Below the pieces are notes generated by a model that saw only the letters and a program-made list of their open reading frames with translations, was not told where the DNA came from and ran no database searches. This document shows positions 46,431 through 59,348 of a stretch of DNA of 64,000 bases, one piece after another. Origin of the DNA: Malacoraja senta (lineage: Eukaryota); contig CM075977.1 of NCBI GenBank assembly GCA_038087875.1, positions 362,638,001-362,702,000 of the forward strand, read 5' to 3'. Position 1 is the first letter of the stretch. Every line of letters starts with the position of its first letter. The position numbers were made by a program, and so were the translations under genes.

Positions 46431-49224
46431 TCAAAAAACTCAATAAAGTTCAATTAGGACCACAGATGCAGTCCATGAGATGTTTGCATCATCTCCCTGA
46501 GACCTTGCGTGTTTCTGCCCAAAGCCTAGTTTCAAAACTCCAAAGACATGCTGATAGACTTATTTGCACTGTGAATTAACTGTTGGTGTACGTATATGCT
46601 AAAACTAAATAAAAGGTAATTGGCAGGCATATGAGTGGGCATAAGTTGCAATGGGTAGGAAAAAACTGCAGATGCTGGTTTAAATCGAAGGTACAGTAGA
46701 TACAAAATGCTGGAGTAACTCAGCGGGACAGGCAGCATCTCTGGAGAATAAGTTGCAATGGTACAGGGAAAGTTTTTTGGTTGTCTGTGATTTTAAAATA
46801 GTTGTAAATCTAGGCAAGTGGAACTAGTGTAGATGGGACATGTTGGTCAGTGTGGGCAAGTTGGGACAAAGGGCCTGTTTCTACACTGTAGGACTCTAGT
46901 ACTCTTGACTCTATGACCTGAAGATTGTGAAAATTCAGAGTTCACTAAAGGATGAAATTGATAGGAAAGAAACCATAGAATGCAGAGTAATAACAGAGGT
47001 AGAAACAGACTGTCTGAGTTTCTCTGTGTAAAAAGGAAAATATTTACTTAAGTTGATGTGGTTCCCTTGCAAATGTAGACTGGAAATATTATGGTGGGGA
47101 ATAAAATTAAAATGACAGTGTAGGCTATGAGCAGGATTCAGAATATCTTCGGAGATATAGACACACTAAATGTTTTTTATTTTGCATGAAGAGAGATTGT
47201 GGATCAGGACATTCCACTCTGGAGTCTCTAAGAATAAGTGGCCTCACTGAGATGTATGTTCTTATGCTATTTGACAGTGTAGATGTGGAGTTCATGTTTC
47301 TCAATAACTCCGACAATTTCTTTATCTGACCACATTAACAACCAAATCCTGAGCTCCCTTCCTAATTGTCTTAGTCTTGACCATTCTTTTCATTGATTTT
47401 ACTCCACTGCCTCAAGATTCCTCAGAACTTCCTACCTTACAATCCCATCCCATTTGTTCAACCGCACAATCTAATCACAACCCCATCACCTACAATTCAG
47501 CCCCAACATGACTTGCAGTTACTCCTTATGGATCCCAAATTGTAAGTCGCCTTCTGATGCTTGAGCCAACCCACTCACTCCCTGATGAGTCCCTTTCCAC
47601 AGGGCTCACTGGAATGAACTCTGTGCTCTACTTTATGTGATTTCTTTCATGGACTCTACAATTTTAGAGCAAGTGGATAGACTTTCTTTCATGGTGAAAA
47701 ACCTGTTCAGTAATTCATGTTGCTGTGGGCTGCCGCAATCTGACTGCTATCCAAGCAAGGTTTTCAAAAAGAAATCCTTGGCAACAATTCTTTTTAATTC
47801 TCTTTTGATTTTTCTTCCAAGCTACATGATTCAGGGTCCAGGAGTTAAATCTGGAGATTCAAGGGCAACCCTGAAGGACTGGAAGTTTTATTGCAGAGAT
47901 TCATATGTCAACAGTGCACATCACAGAGCATTAAACACAACACCAGGGTGAATTTTGAACTTGACTGCTGAGATGAATACAGGCAGTAATGGACCAGCTG
48001 ATTTACACCATGGAAAACGGAGGTCTAGATTTAAATGACTAATGGGTATTCAGTTGGAAACAACGATGACAAATTAATTTCTCACCCATCCATGGCAGAG
48101 TAAAATTTCATGTCAGATTTTAGGTCCCATTTAAATTGGCTGGAGGTGATAAATATCACTGCCAAGGCGACGAGGTAGGGTGCACCTGTCAGCATCTGCT
48201 AAGTCAGAGGATTGGCATTCCTACGGAGATATTATGAAGGGAAATTAGTCTTGTGCCTAATTTACAAAAAAAAGTTACAAAGTGCTGGAGTAACTCAATG
48301 GGTTAGGCAGCATCTCTGGAGAACATGGATAGATGACAATTGACAATCTGGTCAATAGGGGCAAGAATCTCCACCAATGCATATGTTTTCCAATTTGGGC
48401 TCATTTGGTTTAGTTTAGTTTAGTTTAGTTTAGTTTAATGTCACATGTACAGAGGTGAAAACCTTTTGTTGCGTGCTAACCAGTCAGCGGGAAGCCAATA
48501 ATCCCCAGTCAACGGAAAGAAATGGCAGAACAGTTAAACGAGTACTTTGGTTCTGTCTTCACTAAGGAAGACATAAACAATCTCCCGGAAATACTAGGGG
48601 ACCGAGGATCTAGTGGGAGGGAGGAACGGAAGTGAATGCACATTTGTCAGAAAATGGTGTTAGATAAACTGTTGGGACTGAAGGCAGATAAACCCCCAGG
48701 GCCAGGTTGTCTGCATCCCAGAGTACTCAAGGAGGTGGCTCTAGAAATCGTGGATGCATTGGTGATCATTTTCCAAAGTTCTCTCGACTCTGGATCAGTT
48801 TCTGTGGACTGGAGGGTAGCCAATGTAACTCCACTTTTTAAGAGAGGCGGGGGAGAGAAAACGAGGAATTGTAGACCAGTTAGCCTTACATCGGTAGTGG
48901 GGAAGATGCTGGAGTCAATTACTAAAGATGTTATAGCAGTTAATTTGGAAAGCAGTGACGGGATCGGTTGTAGCAGCACCTGCTGGTGCCTGTGAGTAGC
49001 CGAACCCTGCGGTCGGCTACCTCAGTCACGTGACCATGGGGAGGGGTTTGTTTTCACGCGCTTTTCTGGGCAAGCCCATTCATTTGTTAACCACCGTTGT
49101 GGTAGTAATACTGTATTTAGCTGCCACAAGATTACCATTGTTTTCACCACTTTCGCAATGAAGCTCGTTTGGAAATCAACCTATCGTCTTGACTCGCTAA
49201 ACTGTTGACCCCAACGCGCCCAAT

Positions 49225-49935
49225 ATGCAGGACGCCGCTGTTCCCGATGCCGTTCCCGATGCCCATCAGAGTGCCGTCAGTCTCAAGCTGCCGGTGTTCT
49301 GGCCTGAACAGCATCAAGTGTGGTTCGCGCACGTGGAGACGCAGTTCCACATGCGCCATATCGTAGTTGACGAAACCAAATATTTCCATGTTGTAGGTGC
49401 CCTTATGAAGGAGCCAGCGTCCCATCTGCTGCCCTTCCTACCAAACTCACCCGCGACCGCCAAATACGAGGGCCTCAAAGCCCTACTCCTGCAGACTTTC
49501 GGGGTCAGCCGCCGGGACTGCGCCGCCCGCCTTCTGCACATGGATGGCTTGGGAGATCGCAAGCCGTCGGTTCTCATGGCTGACATGCTCGCCTTAATGG
49601 ATGGCCACCGCCCATGCCTTATGTTCGAGCAGGCATTCTTAGAACAGATGCCGGACGACGTCCGCCTCATGCTCGCAGGTGCGGACTTCGCCGATCCTCT
49701 GCAGTTCGCCGAACAGGCCGACGAAACACCAAGATGGCGGCACCATTAACCGTGTGTCTGCACCAGCGCGCCATTCTCCTCAGCAAGACCGTGACGAGGC
49801 CCCGCCCACGAGTTCCAGTGCGTAGCCACAGTAGCGATCCGGGACTCGTGGTAGCGATCCGGGACTCGTTGGTGTTTCTATCATCTCCGATGAGGGGCGG
49901 AGTCCCGATGCTGCTGCCAGCCTTGTGCATTTCAG
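49225..49935 (+). pseudogene. gag: Gypsy gag with CHCC zinc motif
   Basis: AVSLKLPVFWPE..WF..VETQF, LGDRKPS; CFYH-x9-C-x3-C at 49873-49926. Confidence 0.88.
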
Positions 49936-49959
49936 GGATATGCCTCAGCCGATCATCTG

Positions 49960-52900
49960 TAGAGGCGATCACGATCGGCCTGAACACCGCCTTTACGTCC
50001 GTGACCGCCACTCCGGCCGCCGTTTTCTTGTGGACTTCGGTGCAATTGTCAGCATCCTCCCTCCTACCGGGCACTACACTTGTGCTGGTAAGCGTGGCCC
50101 CATGCTCACAGCCATCAACGGGAGCACCATCCGAACGTACGGTACGCGGACCCTTTCACTTACCTTCGACTCCCGCCCGTACGACATCGTGGCAGACATC
50201 GCTCAGCCGCTCCTGGCGGCTGATTTCTTGCGTGCCTTCTCCCTCGTCGTGGATGTTCAGGGCGGCTGCATGACTCCGCGATCGGCCATCGGCTCCACCG
50301 CGCCGCTGCCCCCGCCCCCACCCAACTCACAGCTCAGCGTCGTCGCCGAGGTCAACGGTCTTTACGCCGCCCTGCTCTTGGATTTTCCTGAGCTCCTCGC
50401 ACCCCGTTTCAGCAGGGGGTTGTGCACCATATCCCCACTGAGGGTCCTCCGGTGCATGCCCGGGCGCGTCGCCTCCTGCCGGACAAGCTGTGCATCGCCC
50501 GGGATGAGTTTCAACTAATGGAGGACATGAGGATTGTTCGGTGGTCCGACAGCCGATGAGCCTCCCTGCTACATATGGTCCCGAAAGCTTCGGGGGGGGG
50601 GGTGGAGACCATGCGGGGATTACCAGCGTCTGAACACAATGACCACGGTGGACCGCCACCCGGTGCCCCATATTCAGGACTTCTCCGCACACCTCGAGGG
50701 CACCGCTTTCTTTTCCAAGGTTGACCTCGTCCGAGATTACAACCAAATCCCCTTGCAGGACGACGACTTTCCAAAAACCGCCATGATCACCCCGTTCAGC
50801 CTGTCTGAGTGGCTCTGAATGCCTTTCGGGTTATAGAAAGCCGCGCAGGCATTCCAGCGGCTGATGGGCCAGGTCGGGCGGGGTCTACCTTTCATGTTTA
50901 TGTATTTGGACGACATTCTGGTCACCAGCACCTCGCAAGAGGGGCACATCACCCACCTCCAGACTTTGTTCCAGTGCCTCCGTGAACACGGCCTCGTCAT
51001 TAACCCTGTGAAGTGCCAGTTCGGCCTCCGCTCCATCTCCTTCCTGAGGCACAACGTTACTCCCCAGGGTGCTACCCCACTCCCCGCTAAGGTCGAAGCC
51101 ATCCGGCAGTTCCCCCGGCCGCTCACCATGAAGGGGCTACAGGAGTTTGTTGGCATGGTGAACTTTTATCACCATTTCGTGCCGGCAGCTGCTAACATCA
51201 TGCGCCTCCTGTTCCGGTGTCTGGCAGGTAAGCAGCGGGCCTCGCGTGGTCCGCGGAGGCGGACATGGCTTTCGAGGGTGCCAAGGCAGCCCTGGCCAAA
51301 GCTACCATGTTGGTACACCCACGTGCTTCCGCCCCTACTGCGCTCACCGTAGACGCCTCGGATGCTGCTGTGGGTGGTGTTCTGGAGCAGCTCGTCGACG
51401 GCCGCTAGCAGCCGTTAGCCTTTTTCAGTCGCCAGCTGCGTGCGCCAGAATGCAACCACAGCGCTTTCGACCGCGAGCTTCTAGCGCTGTATCTCGCCGT
51501 CAGATATTTCAGATATTTCCTCGAGGGCCAGGCATTCAATGCTTTCATGCACCACAAGCCCCTCATTTTCACCCTGGGCAAGATCGCTGATCCGTGGTCC
51601 GCCCGTTAGCAACGGCACCTTGCATATATCTCAGAATTTACAACTGACATCTGCCATGTCATGGGTAAACTCAACGTCGTTGCCGTCGCCTTGTCCGGAC
51701 CCGCCATTACCTCCATTTCGGCCCTCGACCATGCGTCGGCTATAGCCAGCTGGCTGCAGCGCAGCGTGCAGACGCGGGTATGGAAGCCTACCGCACAGCT
51801 GTTTCTGGCCTTCGGCTGGCCGAAGTGCATTTCGGAGCGGCAGGCAACATGGTCTTATGCGACGTCCCCAGGGGTCGTGCCCATCCCATCGTCCCTGTCA
51901 GATGGCGACGACGGGTTTTTGATGCTGTCCATGGCCTGGCTCACCCGTCCATACGGGCAACGTCCGCACTGGTGGCGGCCAAGTTCATCTGGCATGGGCT
52001 GCATAAGCAGGTGGCTGCCTGGGCCCGCGCATGTGTCCCATGCCAGTGGCACGTGCGTCCCCCGGTGCAGGAGTTTGCGCTTCCTGCGGGCAGATTCCTG
52101 CACGTACATGTCGACCTGGTGGGCCCGTAGCCGCAGTCCCGCGGCGCTACGCACCTGCTCACCATAGTGGACCATTTCACGCGGTGGCCAGAGGCGATCC
52201 CACTTACTGATACGTCCGCCCTGGCTTCCGCTCGGGCTATGGCGGCCCACTGGATTGCCCGGGTCGGGGTGCCTTCTTTTTTAAATTTTTTAAACAAATT
52301 TTATTTATTAGAAGTACATTACATTACAACCACATACATTAGTACTCGTCACATATATCTTTTTACAATTAATGTACTCCCTTTGTTTTTTACACTAATA
52401 AAGGGAAAGGATGAGATTGAGAGAAAGAAGAAAATGAAGGAAAAGGTGAAAGTGTAAAAAACGTGACAACAAGAAAGAACGAAGACCCTATAAGAACGAA
52501 ATTAAAAACAAAAGAAAAAGAGTTAAGAAATAGACCCTAAAAAAGAAGAAGAAAGAGAAAGAGGGAAAATAGAAAAACAAATAGTTTTGTAAGCATCACG
52601 CAAATGGGACATACCAACTCTCCAACTTTCATCCCCCCTTACCTGACCTCAGGTTTTTTTAAGGTACTTTTGCACCCTATATTTGTAATAATTCTATAAA
52701 TGCAGACCACGTCAGGTGGAAGTGATCTGGTTTACCTGCCAGGAGGAGTCTTATCTCTTCTAGGTGTAATGTTTCGAACATATTTGAAATCCACATGTTT
52801 ATAGTTGGTATTGGAGCCTTTTTCCAAAATTTTAGGATTAGTTTTTTCCAGTTATTAACCCATAGTCTATTAGTTTCTTTTGGAACACATTTAGTTCTGG

Positions 52901-54660
52901 ACTATCTTCCGTTATTCCAAAGATAATCCATTCTGCTTTGGGTATCAGTTTTATTTTAAATAATTTTGTAAAGATTTCAAAAATTTCAATCCAAAATGTT
53001 TGAATTTTTGCACAGAATACAAATGAGTGCGCTATAGTAGCTTCTTGCGATTGCCATTTATCACAGATGGATGATACATTTGGGAAAATTTTATGGATTT
53101 TCGTTTTGGAATAATATAATCTATGTAAAATTTTTAATTGTATTAAAGTGTGTCTTACATTAATTGAACATTTATGCACGTTTAATAAGTGTTCATTCCA
53201 CCTTTCCTTTGAAATTTTAATAGCTAGTTCTTGTTCCCAGTCTCTTCTGATACCCTCCGTAGATGGTATTTCTACATTTAAGATAATATTATACAAATAT
53301 GATATTAAGTTTGCTGATTCAGCTTTTATCTGCATTGCATCATCCAATACATCTGCTGGGCTATTATAATGATCTTGTGTATATGTTTTCAAATAGTCGC
53401 ATATTTGAAAATATTTAAAATATTGATTATTTCCGAGTTTAGATTTTATTTGTAATTGTTGAAATGATAGTAATTTTCCAGTTTCATACAGGTCACCGAA
53501 TGTTTTAATTCCTAGTCTATCCCAGTGTGTGAAAGATTTATCTATAATAGAGGGATTAAACGAAGGATTATTAACTATGGGAGATAAAAGTGATAAATTT
53601 CTTAATTTTAAATTTTGTTTTATTTGTTTCCAAATTCTGACTGTGCTATGTATAATTGGGTTCTTATTATAATTTATGTTATTCAGTTTCATTGGTGAGA
53701 GGAGGATCACTCCAATGTTTCCAGAGGAGCAATCCTCTCTCTCCATTACAATCCAGTCCACTTGCTGGGCAGAGTTATCCATCAGTTGAATCATATTTTT
53801 AATATTTACTGACCAATAATAATACATGAAATTAGGTAGTGCTAAGCCCCCTAATACTTTAGGTTTGTTCAAGTGAGTTCTTTGTATTCTATGTGATTTA
53901 TAGTCCCATATAAAATTAGTGATATCTGAGTCCAATTAAAAAAAAAACTTCTTTGGTAGGTATATAGGAATCGATTGAAATAGGTATAAAATTTGTGGTA
54001 GAAAGATCAGGGTCGGGGTGCCTTCTGACATTTCCACTGACCCGGGGGCCCAGTTCACATCTTCCTTGTGGTCTGCCCTAGCCCTCGCTACGCCGCCCGG
54101 TTACACCTTACGACCGCCTACCACCCACAGGCCTAGTGGCTCGTCGAGCAGTTCCATCGGCACCTCAATTCGGCGCTGAAGGCTCGGCTCACAGGCCTGG
54201 ATTGGGCGGACCAACTGCCATGAGTCCTCCTTGGCATACGCACCGCCCCCATGGAAGATTTGGCTGCTTCCTCGGCCGAGCTCGTGTATGACTCGATTTT
54301 CTCCCTACCGCCTCTGGCCAGGCCGCATCAGCCCAGGTGTTGCTAGCTGGCCTTCGGGAGAGGGTGAGCACGTTGACCCCTGTTCCCACTTCTAGGCACA
54401 GTTCGTCCGCGGTGCATGTGCCCGTGGTGTTGCAAAAATGTGCTTATGTTTTAATTCGCAGGGACGCTCACCGCTCGCCATTGCAACGAGTATACGAGGG
54501 GCCATTCCGGGTGCTGTGAGCCGGGGTCTACACGTTAACTGTGGACGTGGGAGGCCGGGAGTAGTTTGTTTCCGTCGGCCGTCTCAAACACACCCCATGT
54601 GGATGTGGACAGCCCGGTGGTTGTTGCTTCGCCGCGACGTAGAGGTTGTCCACTGGCCGT
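49960..54660 (+). pseudogene. pol: Gypsy pol (PR-RT-RH-IN), disrupted and interrupted by an L1
   Basis: FLVD(F)GA, WRPCGDYQRLN, YLDDILV, VDASD..VGGVL, HGLAHP..CVPCQ, HVDLVGP, YEGPFRVL. Confidence 0.9.
52278..54009 (-). mobile_element. L1 3' fragment (ORF2 C-terminus and UTR) inserted in the Gypsy integrase
   Basis: 17-bp TSD GGGTCGGGGTGCCTTCT at 52261-52277 and 54010-54026; protein highly similar to ORF 23871-25022. Confidence 0.95.
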
Positions 54661-56317
54661 TCCATCCGCACTGATTGTGCCTTTCCCCGCCCGTTATTTT
54701 CACCCCGTTGACTGATCCCGGCCTTGTTTCGCCAGCCCCCCATGTTATGCCCGCCCCGCCTTCGCGGACCTCACGTTCTGTTCGTTCCATACAGGTGCCC
54801 GCTCGGTTCTGTACCTCAGGTTCTGGGGGGGGGGTCCTGTAGCGGCACCTGCTGGTGCCTGTGAGCAGTCGAACCCTGTGGGTTTGTTTTTGCGTGTATT
54901 TCTGGGCAACCCTATTCATTCTGTTAACCACCGTTGTGGTAGTAGCACTGTGTTTAGCTGTAACAAGATTACCATTGTTTTCGCCACTTTTGCAATAAAT
55001 CTCGTTTGGAAATCAACCTACCGTCTCGATTCGCTAAACGGTCAAAGTCAGCATGGATTTATGAAGGGGAAATCATGCTTGACTAATCTTTTGGAGATTT
55101 TGAGGATGTAACAAGTAGAATGGATTAGGGAGAGCCAGTGGTGTGGTACATCTGGACTTTCAATAAGCCTTTGACAAGGTCACACACAATAGATTAGTGT
55201 GCAAAATTAGAGCATTGAGGTATCCTACCCCCAATATTGGGGGTAGGATACTGATATAGATAGAGAACTGGTTGGCAGAGAGGAAGCAAAGAGTATAAAT
55301 TAACAGGTCCTTTTCAGAATGGCAGGCAGTGACTAGTGGGGTGCCGCAAGGCTGGTACCCCAGTTGTTTACATATATTAACGAATTAGACGAGTGAATTA
55401 AATGTAACATCTCCAAGTTTATGAATGACACAAAGCTAGGTGCCAGTGAGAGCTGCGAGGAGAATTCTATAAGGCTGCAGGGTGACTTGGATAGTTTAGG
55501 TGAGTGGGCAGAAGCATGGCAGAAGCATGGCAGATGCAGTATATTGGGGATAAATGAGGTTATCCACATTGGAGGCAAAAACAGGAAGGCAGATTATTAT
55601 CTGAATGTTGTCAGATTAGGAGAAGGGGAGGTGCAACGAGACCTGGGCGTGCTGTACATCAGTCATTGAAAGTATGCATGCAGGTACAGCAGGCAGTGAA
55701 GAAAGCTGGTTGCCATTGCGAGAGTATTTGAGATTAGGACCAAGGAGGTCCTATTGCAGTTGTACAGGGTCCTGTTGAGACCGCACCTGGAGTATTGTGT
55801 GCAATTTTGGTCTCCTAATTTGAGGAAGGACCTTATTACTGATGAGGGAGTGCAGCATAGGTTCACCAGGACTGAGATGAGGAAAACCTTTTTCACCCAG
55901 AGAGTTGTAAATCTTTATAATTCTCTGCTACAGAACACAGTGGAGGTCAATTCATTTGATGTTTTCAAGAGAGTTGGATTTAGCTCTTAGGGCTAAGGGA
56001 ATCAAGGGATATGGGGAAAAAGTTGGAACGGGGTACTAATTTTTAGACGTTCAGCCATGATCATATTGAATGCCGGTGCTGGCTCAAAGGGCCAAATGGC
56101 CTACTCCTGCACCTATTTTTCTATGTAAAACATAATTACAATCAAGCAATTTACAATGTACAGATACATGACAGGGAATAACATTTCCCATGAGAGGCAC
56201 ATTTCCTGCCTGCTGTATGAGAGAAGTCATTATAAACATGCCATTTGCAGACTTCTAACAACAAATCACTTAATCACTGGGCTGGTCTACCAATAAATTT
56301 AATGTCATTTCTTGTTC

Positions 56318-56999
56318 TGTAAATTCCGGTTCTAGACTTACCCCCTTAGTCTGGTTTACTCAAACACTAAGTAAAACTCTGGTTCCAAAACCTTACTTTA
56401 TTGAAGAACAAACTGCAGGAATGGTTGCTGATCCACCCACGCAAGACAATACTATCTCGTGCATACAGAACAGAAGTCACATTCAACCGACACACCCTCT
56501 TGTAACCTTCCAAACTAAGGGTGTGACATTACTTGGGGGAGGAAACCCTACAAACCAATAACACATATTAATTATAACAGTACATAATTGACAGTTCTCT
56601 AACCCAATAATATAATCTTATATACATTGTATTCGAAAGAAGCTTCTAGAAGGAAGCAAACATAGCAACATGTGCCCTGGGATTCTGACAGTTCCTCCAA
56701 GGCTCAACATTTCAACCACTCAGTAACTATCCAAATAAGACTTTGCAACATTATTTACACTATGTATATCTGGTTTGCATTCACCCAATCAGTTCCATGC
56801 AATTTACACCTTATTGTAAGATTCTGCAATGTCCCATTCTTTTCCTGTAGCTCTTTTCTAGGCCATAGACAAACTGGCACCATTCAGCAGCTTGTCCCAG
56901 TTCTGCAAAAGGCACATTTAACTTGACCAAAATGGCCTAGCAGCACACAATTTACTCAATTTTAATGTCCTGGCTGCTCCAATTTGGCCAGGACTAACA
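56318..56999 (-). mobile_element. Solo LTR (ERV-D) of the same ERV family
   Basis: TGTTAG...AATTTACA on the minus strand; 4-bp TSD GTTC at 56314-56317 and 57000-57003; 5' U3 matches the ERV-A LTR. Confidence 0.9.
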
Positions 57000-57675
57000 G
57001 TTCAAGCCAAATTGCAAATACTACAGTCAAATCCAGGCCATGTATTCAAAACATGATGTGTGTATGGGGAAAATGACAATTATTATTGCCATTTTGCCCA
57101 TTATGGCTGGGTGGGTAGGCAAATTTAAAGTTGCTCTCTGAAACATATAAATCCTGGAATGTTTTGCACTCCAGCTTAAAAAAAGAGGCATAAAAGATAT
57201 GTGTACCTTACCATAGGCAACTATAAATGGTAGCATGCAAACATCTCTTGCCAGAAGTGCCAGGGTGCTTTACTATTTTGCCACCCACCTGAATTGTTTA
57301 CCATCACAGAAGCGGATTTATTCCATTCCATAACATTTTAAGAAACATCCAAGCCTGCCGGATTCATCAAAAGCAATGGGACAGTGTCTGCAGTCTCCTG
57401 TATTTCCAGGACAGCTTCCCAGTTGAAGTTAGACACATAAGGCTGGAGTAACTCAGCTGGTTGGACAGCATCTCTGTAGAAAAGGAATAGGTGACATTTT
57501 GGGTCAAGACCCAGCTGCAGTGCCAGCATTATTTGTGTTTCTGTTTGGAGTCTTCCAGAACTAATACCTGCATAACAATGTGGAAAAGTGGCCAACTATG
57601 ACCAGTCCACACACAAAAAAGGAGGAATCAATTCCAGCCAGGTATTACACTATTTCTCAATCATCAGCAAAATAA

Positions 57676-57860
57676 TAGAAACATAGAAAATAGGTGCAGG
57701 AGTATGCCAATTGGCCCTTTGAGCCAGCGTCACCAATCAATATGATCATGGCTGTTCATCCAAAATCAGTACCCCGTTCTTGCTTATACCTTGATATACA
57801 ATATACCTTGATTCCATTACCCCTAAGAGCTACATATATCTCTCTATTGAATATATCGCT
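57676..57860 (-). mobile_element. HER1 3' end fragment
   Basis: TAGAAACATAGAAA tail and UTR. Confidence 0.75.
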
Positions 57861-58859
57861 AGGTGTTCTCAGCAATGCTGTTATAAGACGTTTGCTTTCT
57901 AATCACCTGTTCACCATTACTCAGTTTCAGATCCAGAAGTAATTTGAGTGGTGGGGGCTGGGAAGCGGCAACTTTGAAGAAAATATGAACATGACCAGAG
58001 TTCCAGCAGTGAGGTAAGATTTGACTGCATCTGACATGCAGGGCATCAAATGTGAATTTGATCAAATGTGATCTCAATGGAAACCATAGAAAAGAGTCTT
58101 CACTAACACATACCAAACACAAAGGTTGATGGTTGTGGTTTTAGGAAGTCAATCATTCTATCCTCCACATATAATGAAATTGCAGGGGTTTTACAAGGTA
58201 CTCAGCCCAACTTTCTTCAACTATTTTTTTTCTTTTAGAAGTGGGAGCATTTGATAATATATACAATTCCAATCATATCCCCTTGGATGGTGAAACATTT
58301 GTGGCAGTACTCTCTCCCTTGGATGTTGCACTGATCCCTATCGCTGGCAGACTGATCAGGAGAGGCCAATCCCCAGCATTATGGGTAACAGCTGGCATTC
58401 TGGCCAGAGAATGAATGAGAGAAATAGAGAAAGAGAGAAAGTTGATATTGATTAGGCAAGATATTGATATTGATACTTTATTATCACGTGTACTTGGTAC
58501 AGTGATATTCTTTGTTTGTATACAGTATAAATATGCAACAGATGTCATGTAAAGGGTGCCAACAAAATTACAAAATAATTCAATACGGTCCTACTTCCTT
58601 CTCCCCCAACAACCCCCCCCCCCATCCTCCCTCAGTCCCTCCTTGTTCTGGGCAACCCCCCATGCTGTGTCCTCCTTGTTCTCAGTGCCACGTCTTCCAC
58701 CAACCGCCGGGACTCTGGCGGACTCTGGCTCCGACCACCCTCCACTCTCGCTGACGTCCCTCTCGCTCGCCAACAGCTTGGCTTGCTTGTCAAAGTTCCT
58801 ACATGCTCCGGGTCAGTTCTCCCTACTCCTTATAAAACCCAGGCATCCCAGCCAGAGGA

Positions 58860-58940
58860 GAGGATGAAAGAGAGGAAGAGAGAGAAAAAGAGAGAGAAAC
58901 AGAGAGAAAGAGGTGAAGAGGGAAAGAGAGAAAGAGAGAC
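58860..58940. repeat. GA-rich simple repeat
   Basis: Directly visible. Confidence 0.85.
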
Positions 58941-59348
58941 CTCCCTGCAAGCTATGTTCTCCTGTTGCAGGTTCAAGGAAGACAGGGCCACTGGGATGAC
59001 TCTGAGACTACTAGCGCCACCATGTGGTCAACACTGGATAGCCAGGAAAAAAACCTAGACACCCAGCGCCTCTAGTAAGTGGCCGGGCAAGCCTGAGATG
59101 CCAGAACCTTTATCTGCCCAGTGACAAGGAGGGACTGTGCCCACACACACACACAAACACAGACAAGGACTGGCCACCAGGATGATCTAGAGACCACCAG
59201 TGTTGCCACTTCAAGCCCTAAGCTGAACTGCCAAGAAGGAACCTAACACTTTCAGCGCCTCCTCTTGAGGCAAGTGAGATCTGCAGGAAGAAGCCTGAGA
59301 TTGTCATGTCCCTTCCTTTGAATATGAGGACTAGGCTGCTGGGACAAA

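Larger units (their letters stand above)
48969..55038 (+). mobile_element. Gypsy LTR retrotransposon, CsRn1/Kabuki/Boudicca clade, full-length but decayed
   Basis: LTRs 48969-49201 and 54838-55038; 4-bp TSD CGGT; tRNA-Trp-like PBS TGTTGACCCCAACGCG at 49203-49218 (13/16 match); G-run PPT at about 54825-54834. Confidence 0.93.
48508..56126 (+). mobile_element. HER1/CR1 LINE split by the Gypsy element (arms 48508-48968 and 55043-56126)
   Basis: Reading frame ...SSDGIG|QSQHGFMKGKSCLTNL rejoins across the insertion. Confidence 0.92.
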
